This document shows positions 22,078-33,225 of a DNA stretch of 64,000 bases, piece by piece. The notes beneath the pieces were generated by a model. It did not search any database. It was not told the origin of the DNA and was given only the letters and a program-made list of their open reading frames with translations. How positions within the stretch are numbered: position 1 is the first letter of the stretch; every line of letters starts with the position of its first letter. Both the position numbers and the translations under genes were made by a program. Origin of the DNA: an uncultured Eubacteriaceae bacterium (GTDB taxonomy: Bacteria; Bacillota; Clostridia; Lachnospirales; CAG-274); the NCBI GenBank assembly GCA_946495765.1, contig CAMMEG010000001.1, forward strand, positions 2,263-66,262. Reading direction: 5' to 3'.

Positions 22078-23100
22078 TTGGATATAAAATTTAAAAGTAT
22101 CGAAGTGTTTGCAGGCGCAGGAGGATTAGCATTAGGATTAGAAGAAGCAGGCTTTGAACATATAGGTTTAGTAGAATTTAACAAGGATGCAGTAAGTACA
22201 TTAAGATATAATAGACCAAATTGGAATGTTATTTTTGAAGATATAGAAGAGGTATCAAAAAGAAATTTAGAAAAAGAATTTAATATAAAAAAGTATGAAC
22301 TTGATTTGTTATCTGGGGGTGCACCATGTCAAAGTTTTAGTTATGCAGGGAAAAAATTAGGATTAGAAGATGTTAGAGGAACAATGTTTTATCATTATGC
22401 AACGTTTTTAAAAAAATTACAACCTAAAATGTTTTTATTTGAAAATGTAAAAGGTCTTTTGAGTCATGATAAAGGTAAAACTTTTGAAACAATTAACAAT
22501 ATTTTTAAAGAACAAGGTTATATAACAAAATATAAAGTTTTGAATGCTTTTGATTATGAAGTAGCTCAAAAAAGAGAAAGGTTAATTATTATAGGTATAA
22601 GAAATGATTTAAATAATAAAATATTTTTTGAGTTTCCAAAACCAAAAGAAAAAAAAATAGTTTTAAGGGATATATTAAATAATGTTCCTGAAAGTGAATG
22701 TGCCAAATATTCTTTAGAAAAAAAAGAAGTTTTTTCATTAGTACCACCTGGAGGATGCTGGAAAGATATAGAACCAACAATAGCTAAGAAATATATGAAA
22801 ACATGTTGGGATATGGGAGGAGGAAGAACAGGTATATTAAGAAGATTAAGTTTGGATGAACCTTGTCTTACAATTTTGACAACTCCTCAGATGAAACAAA
22901 CAGATAGATGTCATCCTATAGAAATCAGACCTTTTAGTATAAGAGAAAGTGCAAGGATTCAAAGTTTTCCAGATGAATGGGAATTTATGGGAAGTATGGG
23001 TTCAAAATATAAACAAATAGGAAACGCAGTACCTTGTAATTTAGCAAAAGAAATAGGCAAAAATATAATAATTGCTTTAAAAGGAGAAAAGAATGAGTAA
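22078..23100 (+). CDS. DNA cytosine-5 methyltransferase of type II RM system
   Basis: FAGAGG, GAPCQSFS, ENVKG, QKRER, QIGNAVP motifs. Confidence 0.96.
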   Translation: MDIKFKSIEVFAGAGGLALGLEEAGFEHIGLVEFNKDAVSTLRYNRPNWNVIFEDIEEVSKRNLEKEFNIKKYELDLLSGGAPCQSFSYAGKKLGLEDVRGTMFYHYATFLKKLQPKMFLFENVKGLLSHDKGKTFETINNIFKEQGYITKYKVLNAFDYEVAQKRERLIIIGIRNDLNNKIFFEFPKPKEKKIVLRDILNNVPESECAKYSLEKKEVFSLVPPGGCWKDIEPTIAKKYMKTCWDMGGGRTGILRRLSLDEPCLTILTTPQMKQTDRCHPIEIRPFSIRESARIQSFPDEWEFMGSMGSKYKQIGNAVPCNLAKEIGKNIIIALKGEKNE

Positions 23101-23893
23101 TTTTAATAATATACTGATAAAAAATAGTCCTAACGTGTATCTACTTGATTTTATATCTCAGCAAGATTTTGAAGATCATGTATTAAACACATTAAAAACC
23201 TATAAAAGTGTTTTGAAGTCTGTAAATTTAAACAAATTTAATGATAATATAATTGATCCAATAAAACTTTTATTTGATAAAGAAGTATTTAATAAAACTT
23301 ATAAAGAAATTATTAATTTAGAGATTCATAGACAAAGAGATAAGTCTAATAATAATATAATTGGTTATTTTCATCAGAATATTTTTAAATATATAGAAAA
23401 ATGTAAGGTTCCTAAAGAAGGTTGGGACATTATTTTTAATAGTAATCAAATTACTTACTATGTAGAGATGAAAAATAAACATAATACTATGAATAGTTCT
23501 TCGTCAGCAAAGACTTTTATGAAAATGCAAAATCATTTACTAAATGGAGATGATAAAGATATAAGTATTTGTGCATTAGTAGAGATTATTGCTAAAAAAT
23601 CACAAGATATACCATGGGTAATAACTTTAGATAAAATAAAACAAAGTGAAAATGAAAGATTAAGAAGAATTTCTATTGATAAATTTTATGAAATTGTAAC
23701 TGGAGATAAAGAAGCATTTAAAAAGTTGTGTTTACAGTTGCCAATAACAATACAAAAATTAATAAATAAAGATAATACTTTAAAAGTAGAAGAAGATACA
23801 GTATTTTATGAATTAGAACTATTAGATGATAATATATTAATATCATTATATAAATTAGCATTTTCAACCTATGAAGGATTTGATTTTATATAA
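23093..23893 (+). CDS. Eco47II-family type II restriction endonuclease
   Basis: NIIDPIKL.FD, EIHRQRDKSNNN.IGYFHQ, EMKNKHNTMNSSS; overlaps MTase stop. Confidence 0.85.
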   Translation: MSNFNNILIKNSPNVYLLDFISQQDFEDHVLNTLKTYKSVLKSVNLNKFNDNIIDPIKLLFDKEVFNKTYKEIINLEIHRQRDKSNNNIIGYFHQNIFKYIEKCKVPKEGWDIIFNSNQITYYVEMKNKHNTMNSSSSAKTFMKMQNHLLNGDDKDISICALVEIIAKKSQDIPWVITLDKIKQSENERLRRISIDKFYEIVTGDKEAFKKLCLQLPITIQKLINKDNTLKVEEDTVFYELELLDDNILISLYKLAFSTYEGFDFI

Positions 23894-23998
23894 TATATAA
23901 TAATATAACAAAGAATAAAAAAATTTACTATCCATTTAAGTAATTATAAATATAAGTGTTTAATGCTAAAGGCTTTCGTCTTTAGCATTAAATGTTTA

Positions 23999-24310
23999 TT
24001 ATAATATAATTTCAAAAGGCCAATCTACAATTCCACCAAATTCAATTATATTAGTATATCCTTTTTTAACCATTATATTACAGGCCTCTTTACTTCTAAC
24101 ACCACTTCTACAATATACAAGTATAGTTTCTTCTTTATCTTTAAAAATTTCTTCAACTTTATCATTAATTTCATCTAAAGGTAAAAGTATAGCATTATCA
24201 ATATGTCCTTGCTCAAATTCTTCTAGTGTTCTAACGTCTAATATTTTACAGTTAGTAGTATCCATTATTTTTTTTGCTTCAACGGCTTTTATCATTTTAA
24301 AATTATTCAT
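23999..24310 (-). CDS. Rhodanese-like domain protein
   Basis: ILDVRT.EEF..GHI..A, VYCRSGVRS, FGGI.DW. Confidence 0.92.
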   Translation of the reverse strand: MNNFKMIKAVEAKKIMDTTNCKILDVRTLEEFEQGHIDNAILLPLDEINDKVEEIFKDKEETILVYCRSGVRSKEACNIMVKKGYTNIIEFGGIVDWPFEIIL

Positions 24311-24322
24311 TTTACACCTCTT

Positions 24323-25078
24323 TTATATATTAATATCTATACTAACAGGACAATGGTCTGAGCCTAAAATCTTACTATGAATAGTAGCATCTTTTAAATT
24401 TTCTTTTAAATCTTCAGAAATAATATAATAGTCTATACGCCAACCAGTATTTTTTTCACGTGCTTTAAACCTATAACTCCACCAGCTATAAGCACCTTCT
24501 TTAGTTGGATATTTATATCTAAATGTATCTATAAATCCACTATTTAAAAGAATTTGAAACTTTTCTCTTTCTTCATCAGAAAATCCAGGATTTTTTTTAT
24601 TTGTTTTTGGATTTTTTAAGTCTATTTCATTATGTGCTACATTTAAATCTCCACAATAAATAACTGGTTTATTATTTTTTAATTTTATTAGATATTCTCT
24701 TATATCATCTTCCCATTTTAAACGATAGTCTAATCTTTTTAATCCGTCTTGAGAATTTGGAACGTAAGCTGTTACATAGTAAAATTCTTCAAATTCTAAA
24801 GTGATAAGCCTACCTTCATTATTATGTTCTTCTATTTCTAAGCCATAAGTTACATTTAAAGGTTTATATTTAGAAAATACAGCTACTCCAGAATATCCTT
24901 TTTTTTGAGCATAATTCCAATATTTATAATATCCATCTATTTCAATATTAATTTGTCCTTCTTGTAGCTTTGTTTCTTGTATAGAAAAGATATCTGCATC
25001 TATATTTTTAAAAAAATCTAAGAAACCTTTTGTCATGCAGGCTCTAAGCCCATTGACATTCCATGAGACCATTTTCAT
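24323..25078 (-). CDS. xth: Exodeoxyribonuclease III
   Basis: SWNVNGLRA, QETK, GDLNVAH, GWRIDY, SDHCP. Confidence 0.96.
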   Translation of the reverse strand: MKMVSWNVNGLRACMTKGFLDFFKNIDADIFSIQETKLQEGQINIEIDGYYKYWNYAQKKGYSGVAVFSKYKPLNVTYGLEIEEHNNEGRLITLEFEEFYYVTAYVPNSQDGLKRLDYRLKWEDDIREYLIKLKNNKPVIYCGDLNVAHNEIDLKNPKTNKKNPGFSDEEREKFQILLNSGFIDTFRYKYPTKEGAYSWWSYRFKAREKNTGWRIDYYIISEDLKENLKDATIHSKILGSDHCPVSIDINI

Positions 25079-25119
25079 TTTTTATCCTCCATATTTAGTA
25101 TATAGTTTACTATAAAAAT

Positions 25120-25240
25120 TATTGTTTATATTTAAGCTATGACTTCATTTTTCAAAATAAAAATTATAAAATTATTTTTTTTAAAATTTTGCTATAAAAA
25201 TATTAGAAATAAGTGTTTTTAGTACAAAGTATTAAAAATT
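25120..25240 (+). repeat. Copy of degenerate dispersed intergenic repeat
   Basis: ttgtttatatttaagctatgacttcatttttcaaaataaaaattataaa...aaatattagaaataagtgtttttagtacaaagtattaaaaa. Confidence 0.7.
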
Positions 25241-25252
25241 ACTGATTAAAGA

Positions 25253-27175
25253 TTATTTTAGTTTTTTTATTCTTTCTAAAAAGCTATTAAAGCTTGCATC
25301 GCTAGGCATTCTAAAATCTCCTCGAGGAGATAAAGAAACAGAGCCAACTTTTGAGCCGTCTGGAAGACAAGAGCGTTTAAATTGTTGTGTAAAAAATCTA
25401 ATATAAAACTTCTCTAGCCATTTTAGTAAAGTTTTATTATCATAAGAATTATTAAACGCTTTTTTAGCTAGATAATATATCTTTTCAGGTTCATAGTTAT
25501 ATCTTATCATATTATATAAGAAAAAGTCATGTAATTCATAAGGTCCAACTATATCTTCTGTTATTTGTGATATATTACCATTTTGATTAGGTGGTAAAAG
25601 TTCAGGAGATACAGGAGTATTTAATATATCCATTAATATATTTTCTAAATTTTTGTTAGAATTTTTAGCAAAATATTCTATTAAATATCTTATTAAAGTT
25701 TTAGGTATAGAGCCATTTACACCATACATACTCATATGGTCACCATTATATGTTGCAAATCCAAGAGCAAGTTCAGATAAATCACCAGTACCTATAACTA
25801 TACCATTGTATTTATTCGATATATCCATAAGTATTTGAGTTCTTTCTCTAGCTTGACTATTTTCATAGGTTACATCATGTATACTAGGGTTATGATTTAT
25901 ATCTTCAAAATGTTTTAACACAGAGTCTTTTATATTTATTTCTAAAAGAGTTGTTCCTATTATTTCACATAACTTTTTAGCATTATTATAAGTTCTATCA
26001 GTAGTTCCAAAACAAGGCATAGTAACAGCAATTATACCCTTTTTGTCATACCCTAAAAGTTCAAAGGTATGATTAATAACAATTAGTGCGTGAGTAGAAT
26101 CTAAACCTCCTGATATACCTACGACCACATTTTTTATACCTATATGTTCAATACGCTTTTTAAGACCATAAGCTTGTATATCTATTATTTCTTTACATCT
26201 TATATCTCTTTTATTTTCATCTTTGGGTACAAAAGGCATTGGGTCTATATATCTATTGATATCAAAACATATATCTTCCATATTGTAATGTATTGTATAT
26301 ATACTTTCTGTTTTTATAGTTTCAAAAGTAGTGTTTCTTCTTCTTTCACTATTAATATATTCCAAATCTATATCTGAATAAATAATACTATTTGTAAAAA
26401 GTGTACTTTCTTTTAAAAGCCTACCATTTTCAAATATTAAATTATGTCCAGAAAATACTAAGTCTGTTGTAGATTCTCCTTCGCCAGCACTAGAATATAC
26501 ATAAGCACAAATACATCTAGCTGATTGATTTTTTATAAGCTCTTTTCTATATATAGATTTACCAGCTATTTCATTACTAGCTGAAAGATTAACTATAATA
26601 GTAGCTCCATTAAGAGAATATATTGAACTTGGAGGAATAACAGACCATAAATCTTCACATATCTCTATTGCAAAGGTAAAATTTTTAATATTAGATACAT
26701 TAAATACAATATTACCAAAATTGATATAATAGTCGCAAATATCTATATCTAAAAACTTTTCTATATGATTATTTTTAAATGAATTAAAATGTCTTTTTTC
26801 ATAAAACTCATTATAATTAGGAATATAGGTTTTTGGGACAATACCTAGAATCTTACCCTTATAAAAACATACACCACAATTATACAATTTTCCTAAAAAC
26901 TCTACTGGCATACCAACTATACAAGTTATATTAAGGTGTTTAGTTTGTTCTAAAATTTCTCTTAAAGCTATTTTGCTATCTTTTAATAGACTATCTTGTA
27001 AAAACAAATCTGAACAAGTATACCCTGTTATACAAAGTTCAGGAAAAACTATAAGACTTGTTTTATTTTGTTCTGCTTTTTTAATATTTTCTATTATACT
27101 TTTTGAATTATAAAAACAATCTGCTACTTTTATATTTGGTGTAGCTGAGGCTACTCTAATAAATCCATATTCCAT
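25253..27175 (-). CDS. nadE: Glutamine-dependent NAD+ synthetase
   Basis: Nitrilase-like domain (FPEL, EICEDLW) plus GISGGLDST synthetase domain. Confidence 0.97.
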   Translation of the reverse strand: MEYGFIRVASATPNIKVADCFYNSKSIIENIKKAEQNKTSLIVFPELCITGYTCSDLFLQDSLLKDSKIALREILEQTKHLNITCIVGMPVEFLGKLYNCGVCFYKGKILGIVPKTYIPNYNEFYEKRHFNSFKNNHIEKFLDIDICDYYINFGNIVFNVSNIKNFTFAIEICEDLWSVIPPSSIYSLNGATIIVNLSASNEIAGKSIYRKELIKNQSARCICAYVYSSAGEGESTTDLVFSGHNLIFENGRLLKESTLFTNSIIYSDIDLEYINSERRRNTTFETIKTESIYTIHYNMEDICFDINRYIDPMPFVPKDENKRDIRCKEIIDIQAYGLKKRIEHIGIKNVVVGISGGLDSTHALIVINHTFELLGYDKKGIIAVTMPCFGTTDRTYNNAKKLCEIIGTTLLEINIKDSVLKHFEDINHNPSIHDVTYENSQARERTQILMDISNKYNGIVIGTGDLSELALGFATYNGDHMSMYGVNGSIPKTLIRYLIEYFAKNSNKNLENILMDILNTPVSPELLPPNQNGNISQITEDIVGPYELHDFFLYNMIRYNYEPEKIYYLAKKAFNNSYDNKTLLKWLEKFYIRFFTQQFKRSCLPDGSKVGSVSLSPRGDFRMPSDASFNSFLERIKKLK

Positions 27176-27379
27176 ATTTTTATCTCCTTAATGTTTTATA
27201 AGTTTTATTATACCACAAAAAATATTATTTAAAATATATTTAACTAATATTTTTAAAATTAAACCCAATAAATGTAAAAAAGTAAATATTAACAATTTTT
27301 ATTACCAAAAATAATATTTTATTACAAAGCATTAAAACCATCAACTCCAATATTTTTCTAAAATGTTTTGAAATTTTTT

Positions 27380-27455
27380 CAAATTGGAATATTATTAAAA
27401 TAAAAATTTGTTATAATTTTTGCTTTGAAAAATAAAGTCATAGCTTAATATAAAA
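27380..27455 (-). repeat. Partial inverted copy of dispersed repeat
   Basis: Reverse complement reads tattaagctatgactttatttttcaaagcaaaaattataa. Confidence 0.65.
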
Positions 27456-27469
27456 AATAATAAAAAATT

Positions 27470-27499
27470 GCATAAAAAACCATTTATTGATTAATAATA
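27470..27499 (+). promoter_or_regulatory. Candidate sigmaG-type forespore promoter of spoVT
   Basis: GCATA-18bp-AATAATA upstream of spoVT. Confidence 0.5.
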
Positions 27500-27552
27500 G
27501 TATTGTCAAAAATAAATTTTTATAAATTTAGTTTAATTAAGGAGGAATTTTT

Positions 27553-28092
27553 TTGAAAGCAACTGGGATTGTAAGACGTATAGACGATTTAGGTAGAGTT
27601 GTTATACCTAAAGAAATAAGAAGAACATTAAGAATACGAGAAGGAGATCCTTTAGAGATATTTACAGATAGAGAAGGTGAAATTATATTAAAAAAATATT
27701 CACCAATAGGTGAACTTGGAAGCTTTGCCAAAGAATACGCAGAGAGTCTTGCACAAACAGCAGGACATATAACTTGTATAGTAGATAAAGATCATATAAT
27801 AGCAGTTAGTGGTGGTGGTAAAAAGGAACTTTTAGAAAAACATATAAGTAGAGATTTAGAAGAAGTAATAAATAAAAGAACAACACATATAGCTAATAGA
27901 GATGATAAAAGTTTTGTAGAGATTACAGATGATGATAAAGGAATATATAATCACGAACTAATAACACCTATTATATCTGAGGGAGATGTTTTAGGTGCTG
28001 TTGTGTTATTATCTGGAGATAAGAAAATGGGTGAGGTAGAAGGTAAACTTGCGCAGACAGCAGCTGGATTTTTGGGGAAGCAAATGGAATAA
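27553..28092 (+). CDS. spoVT: Stage V sporulation protein T
   Basis: MKATGIVRRIDDLGRVVIPKEIRRTLRIREGDPLEIF AbrB-like domain plus GAF domain. Confidence 0.97.
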   Translation: MKATGIVRRIDDLGRVVIPKEIRRTLRIREGDPLEIFTDREGEIILKKYSPIGELGSFAKEYAESLAQTAGHITCIVDKDHIIAVSGGGKKELLEKHISRDLEEVINKRTTHIANRDDKSFVEITDDDKGIYNHELITPIISEGDVLGAVVLLSGDKKMGEVEGKLAQTAAGFLGKQME

Positions 28093-28100
28093 TAAAAAAC

Positions 28101-28140
28101 AAAAAATAAATCGTATACTAGTTTATACGATTTATTTTTT
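28101..28140. terminator. Terminator (17-bp arms)
   Basis: aaaaaataaatcgtata-ctagtt-tatacgatttatttttt. Confidence 0.75.
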
Positions 28141-28279
28141 TACTACTTTTAAAATTTTCAATGTTTTTAAAAAATTATAATTATTTATATTATGATAGAA
28201 ATATCTAAAGCTTTAATTATAGAATAAATAAAACATAGGTAAAATTTTAATTTTGTTTTGTCTTAATGCTAAATATTAT

Positions 28280-29329
28280 AGATTTTAACCTAAAGAAAGA
28301 CAGTAAAATTTATCTACTCTTAAATTAATATTTATATCTTTTATTTTATTATTATCTTAAAAAATACATATCTTATTCAAATGTTTAAATATAGATAAAT
28401 GTTAGATATTATTAAAGGATAAATTTATAAGTTCTAAATTTTGGTAAGTATTTATATTTGATAAATCACAACCTATATTTTTACTTAATTATGATTTATT
28501 TTAAATAATTCATATTATTTATATAAGAAATATCTTTTAAATAATTATTACTTAAGTTTAAATAGTATAAACTTTTAAGATTTTGTAAAGCTGAAATGTT
28601 AGTTATATTGTTATTACTAATATCCAAAAAATCAATATTATTTATATTTGTATTAGAAAGCAATAATTTTTTTATTGATTTTAATATACAAATGTATTTT
28701 ATTTCTTTTAAATGGTTGTTGTTTGCATTTAGTTCTTTTAAGCTAGATTTATTTAAAATAGGCATTATATAAGTTATAGCATTGTTAGAAATATTTATAT
28801 GATTAATATATTTAGTGTTTTTAAGTAGTATAAGTCTATGTATATTATTATTATATATATTAAGATAAATAAAATTTGTAAAATTATGTAAAAAATCTAT
28901 ATTATCTAAATTATTGTTGCTAATATCTAAGTATTTTATACTTTTTAAATTTTTTAATGGTGTAAAATTTGAAGTGCCACAATTAGATAATCCTAATTTA
29001 TCCAATTGAGGTAATTTTGAAAAAAATTCACAGTAGTCGTTTAGAGTATTATTATTTATTTGACAATGAATATTTATTATTTCTAAATTTAATAAATATT
29101 CATTTTTTTGTTCATTAGTAAATTCTATTATATGGTTGCTTTCTTTAAAGTTATAATATAATACTATTTGATTTTCTATATATTTTTCTAAGATTTTATC
29201 TGGAAATATAAGTTTTGTACTATGGATAGGATTATAACTTTTATTAGTACTATTAGACTTATGTATATTGTTACTAAACTTTGTTATAATATTATTAATT
29301 ATTTTTTTAAAATCTTCATTATAATACAT
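28280..29329 (-). pseudogene. Leucine-rich repeat protein, 3' end decayed
   Basis: ORF 28496-29329 has LxxLxLSxNxI repeats; downstream DNA still gives NLELINLSFNNI* with stops and frameshifts. Confidence 0.65.
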
Positions 29330-29493
29330 TCTATATATTTATATATTATAAAATCTTATATAAGAAAATTCAAATATAACTATAAAAAGTGTATATAATT
29401 AGTATATTTTAATAACTTATAAAATTTATTAAAATTAAATTTAGTATAGTTATATATTAATAGATTTATTTTAATTTATGAAAGGAAAATATT

Positions 29494-31059
29494 ATGGATA
29501 AAAAAGAAAAAATAAAAAATAAAAAATCTTTTTTTGATAAATTTTTAAACAGTATTGAAGTTGTTGGAAATAAATTACCGCATCCTATAACACTATTTGC
29601 TTTGTTAGCTTTTTTAATAGTTATATTATCTGCTTTATTTAAAATCTTAGGAATTTCTGCCACAGGTGAGATAATGAACTCTAAAACTCTAGAGTTAGAA
29701 CAAAAAACAGTGAATATTATTAGTCTTTTAAGTGGTGAAGGTATATCATATATGATAAAAAATGCTATAACTAATTTTACAAGTTTTGCACCTCTTGGAA
29801 TAGTTTTAGTAACAATGCTTGGTGTAGGTTGTGCTGAGGGGAGCGGATATATTGAGGCTTCTATGAAAAAAATGGTGTCTAAAACTCCAGCAAAGTTAAT
29901 TACACCAGTTGTAGTATTTCTTGGAGTTATATCTAATGTAGCCTCCGATGTAGGATATGTTGTTTTAGTTCCTATTGGTTCTATTGTTTTTATGGCATAT
30001 AAAAGACACCCTCTAGCTGGACTTGCTGCTGCTTTTGCTGGTGTATCTGGAGGATTTAGTGCAAATATTTTAATTGGTACAGTAGATACATTACTTGCTG
30101 GTATAAGTACAGAATCGGCACAAATATTAGACGTATCATATGAAGTAGGAGCTACGGCTAACTGGTTTTTTATGTTTGTATCTACATTTTTAATTATTAT
30201 ATTAGGTACATTTATTACAGATAAAATAGTTGAACCTAGATTAGGAACATTTGATATAACAGATGAAAGTGTAGCAAAAGCTACAGAGCTTAGTCAAAAG
30301 GAGCATAAAGCTTTAAAATATGCCAATATTACATTAATTTTATATATATTATTTATAATACTATGGGCTATTCCTAAAAATTCGTTACTTAGAAATCCAG
30401 AAACAGGAAGTTTAATAGCTGGAGCTTTATTTATAGATGGCATCATTATATTTATTGCATTGGGATTTTTTATACCTTCAATTGTATATGGAAAAATAGC
30501 TGGAACATACAAAAGTGAAAAAGACATAGGAGAACAATTAAGTAAAAATATGTCAGCTATGGGTTCATATATTGCGTTAACATTTGTTGCAGCCCAATTT
30601 ATTAATTATTTTAATTATACCAATATAGGTACCATATTAGCTTTAAAAGGCGCTGACTTTTTAGGTAATATTGGCCTTACAGGTGTACCTCTTATGGTAT
30701 TATTTATAATTTTAACAGCGTTTATAAATTTATTTATGGGGTCTGCCTCTGCCAAGTGGACTATACTTGCACCAGTATTTATACCTATGTTTATGCAACT
30801 TGGATATTCACCAGAGCTTACACAAGTAGCATATCGTATAGGAGATTCTACTACTAATATTATTAGCCCTCTTATGAGCTATTTTGCTATGATAGTAGTA
30901 TTTGCTAAAAAATATGATAAAAACTCTGGTATTGGTACTTTAATATCTATTATGTTACCATATAGTTTAATATTTTTAATAGGTTGGGCTATATTACTAG
31001 TCATTTGGATGATGTTAGATTTACCTCTTGGACCAGGTGTATCTATGTTTTATTTATAA
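29494..31059 (+). CDS. AbgT-family transporter
   Basis: GNKLPHP, NFTSFAPLG, GSASAKW, YRIGDSTTNIISP. Confidence 0.95.
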   Translation: MDKKEKIKNKKSFFDKFLNSIEVVGNKLPHPITLFALLAFLIVILSALFKILGISATGEIMNSKTLELEQKTVNIISLLSGEGISYMIKNAITNFTSFAPLGIVLVTMLGVGCAEGSGYIEASMKKMVSKTPAKLITPVVVFLGVISNVASDVGYVVLVPIGSIVFMAYKRHPLAGLAAAFAGVSGGFSANILIGTVDTLLAGISTESAQILDVSYEVGATANWFFMFVSTFLIIILGTFITDKIVEPRLGTFDITDESVAKATELSQKEHKALKYANITLILYILFIILWAIPKNSLLRNPETGSLIAGALFIDGIIIFIALGFFIPSIVYGKIAGTYKSEKDIGEQLSKNMSAMGSYIALTFVAAQFINYFNYTNIGTILALKGADFLGNIGLTGVPLMVLFIILTAFINLFMGSASAKWTILAPVFIPMFMQLGYSPELTQVAYRIGDSTTNIISPLMSYFAMIVVFAKKYDKNSGIGTLISIMLPYSLIFLIGWAILLVIWMMLDLPLGPGVSMFYL

Positions 31060-31426
31060 TATTATTAAAAATTTTAGTGAAGGCTATGGTTTAATTTTAA
31101 AAATACAAATACTAAAATAATTAATAGTTTATAATGAAACTATATTAGAGTTTAAAATGCCACGACATATTAAAGAAATTGAAAAACAACTGATAATACA
31201 AGTTAAGGTGGTCGCTAAATAAAAGTATTAAAGAAGATAATTAATAGAGTATAGAAGATAATTCATCATTACAATATAAAACAAAATGATTCTAGACAAA
31301 GTCTATAGGTTTTTTATTATTTTTAATATAGTATAATTTTATAATAAAAATCTTGTGTACAAAATAAAAAATATATTGTAAAATATGTTATAATATAATA
31401 ATTTAAGTTTATAAAGGTGGGTTTAT

Positions 31427-32728
31427 ATGGAAAAGCAATATGCAAAAGAAATGATTGATTTCTTACAAAATAGTCCTTGTTCGTTTTTGGTAGTAGAAAA
31501 CTCTAAAAATAAGCTAGAAGAAAATGGATTTATATGTTTAAATAATATTAAAAAATGGGAGCTTAAAGAAAATGGTAAATATTATATTACAAGAAATGAC
31601 TCAACTTTAATAGCATTTATCATAGGAAAAGAACCGGATAAAACAGGGTTTAAAATGATAGCATCTCATACAGATTCTCCTAGCTTTGTTATAAAACCAA
31701 ATTGTGAAATAAAAGTTTCTAATAATTACTTAAAACTTAATACAGAAGGATATGGAGGAATGATTTTAAGCACATGGCTTGATAGGCCATTATCTATAGC
31801 TGGTCGTGTTATACTAAAAAGTGAAGATGTGTTTAGACCTAAAACACAGACAGTAGACTTTAAAAGACCGATTGCTATTATACCTAATTTAGCTATACAT
31901 TTAAATAGAGAAATAAATAACGGACATAAGTATTCTAAACAAAAAGAAATGATACCATTAGTATCTTTAACTGGTCAAGATTTTAATGAAAAAGGATATA
32001 TTTATGAACTTATAGCTAATGAAATAAATGTTGACAAAGATGATATTTTAGATTATGAGTTATTTTTATATGAGGCAGAAAAAGGCAACTTAATAGGATT
32101 AAATGAAGAGTTTATATCTTGTTCAAGATTAGATGATTTAATGATGGTTTATAATTCTCTAGAAGCATTTTTAAATTATTCAAATACTAATAATTATACA
32201 GGAATAAAAGTTTTATATCTTGCAGATAATGAAGAAGTAGGTAGTCATACAGGTCAAGGAGCAGATGGGGCATTACTTAGAGATACATTAAAAAGAGTAT
32301 GTATAAGTTTATTTAATAATGAAGAAAGTTTTTATAGTATGGCAGAAAAATCCGTGTTTATATCAGCAGATTTAGCTCACGGATTACATCCTAATTATAT
32401 AGATAAACATGATATAACAAATCAACCTGTATTAAATAAAGGAGTTTGTCTTAAATATTCTTCTAACCAAAAATATAGTACAACAGGTATATGTGCTGGC
32501 ATATTTGATAGACTTTGTAAAGAGGTAGGAATAGAATATCAAAAATTTGTAAATCATTCAGATGCAATTGGTGGTAGTACAATAGGAGCTATGTTAGCTA
32601 GCCAGTTTAATACAGCTGTTATAGATTTTGGTGTATGTATACTTGGTATGCATTCAATAAGAGAGTTAGGTTCTGTAAAGGACAATTATGATTGTTATAA
32701 GCTTTTTTCTAAGTTTTATGAACTATAA
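31427..32728 (+). CDS. M18-family aspartyl aminopeptidase
   Basis: SHTDSP, YGG...WLDRPL, DNEEVGS, SADLAHG.HPN, GMHSIRE. Confidence 0.93.
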   Translation: MEKQYAKEMIDFLQNSPCSFLVVENSKNKLEENGFICLNNIKKWELKENGKYYITRNDSTLIAFIIGKEPDKTGFKMIASHTDSPSFVIKPNCEIKVSNNYLKLNTEGYGGMILSTWLDRPLSIAGRVILKSEDVFRPKTQTVDFKRPIAIIPNLAIHLNREINNGHKYSKQKEMIPLVSLTGQDFNEKGYIYELIANEINVDKDDILDYELFLYEAEKGNLIGLNEEFISCSRLDDLMMVYNSLEAFLNYSNTNNYTGIKVLYLADNEEVGSHTGQGADGALLRDTLKRVCISLFNNEESFYSMAEKSVFISADLAHGLHPNYIDKHDITNQPVLNKGVCLKYSSNQKYSTTGICAGIFDRLCKEVGIEYQKFVNHSDAIGGSTIGAMLASQFNTAVIDFGVCILGMHSIRELGSVKDNYDCYKLFSKFYEL

Positions 32729-32766
32729 TAAAAAAGCTAAGGTATAACCTTAGCTTTTTTATTATA
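32724..32766. terminator. Bidirectional terminator (20-bp perfect arms)
   Basis: tataataaaaaagctaaggt-ata-accttagcttttttattata. Confidence 0.8.
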
Positions 32767-32769
32767 AAT

Positions 32770-33225
32770 TTAATTAAACTTAAATGTTTCAACAATACAG
32801 CTACTTTGTTCTTGAAACTCATTTATTGTATTATAATCATCAGTACCAACTTCAAAAGGATTTGATTGTAAAGGGTACATTACAACCACTCTGTTATTTT
32901 CAGATTTTTTTAACTCTAGAGGTTTTGGGCCTTCTTGTTGTTGCATTTTTTCCCAATAATCTTGGCTCATTTCTTCAAATGTAACAATATTGCTATCATT
33001 TTGTTTACCTTTATATTTAACATAAATAGAGTTTATTATTTCACTATCCATATTAAGAGATTCTTCTTCAATATAATATTTTTCTTTTATTACAGATGGT
33101 AATTTCATAGAAAATCCAAGTGATTTATTTTTATATAAAAATGTATCATTTTTATTAGATGAAGAACAGCCAGTTATACATAAAGTAAATACTAAAGTAA
33201 AAATAATTTTAAAAAAATTTTTCAT
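32770..33225 (-). CDS. Hypothetical lipoprotein
   Basis: Lipobox ITGC after hydrophobic signal; RBS aggagg. Confidence 0.8.
   Translation of the reverse strand: MKNFFKIIFTLVFTLCITGCSSSNKNDTFLYKNKSLGFSMKLPSVIKEKYYIEEESLNMDSEIINSIYVKYKGKQNDSNIVTFEEMSQDYWEKMQQQEGPKPLELKKSENNRVVVMYPLQSNPFEVGTDDYNTINEFQEQSSCIVETFKFN

Noticed and set aside
15110-25078. ung, ogt, RM and xth as a coherent defence or repair island
   Set aside because: Genes are interspersed with unrelated core genes in mixed orientation, with no shared boundary
31157-31222. 21-aa ORF MPRHIKEIEKQ..., faintly HicA-like
   Set aside because: Too short, no RBS, no partner gene; at most an unidentifiable remnant
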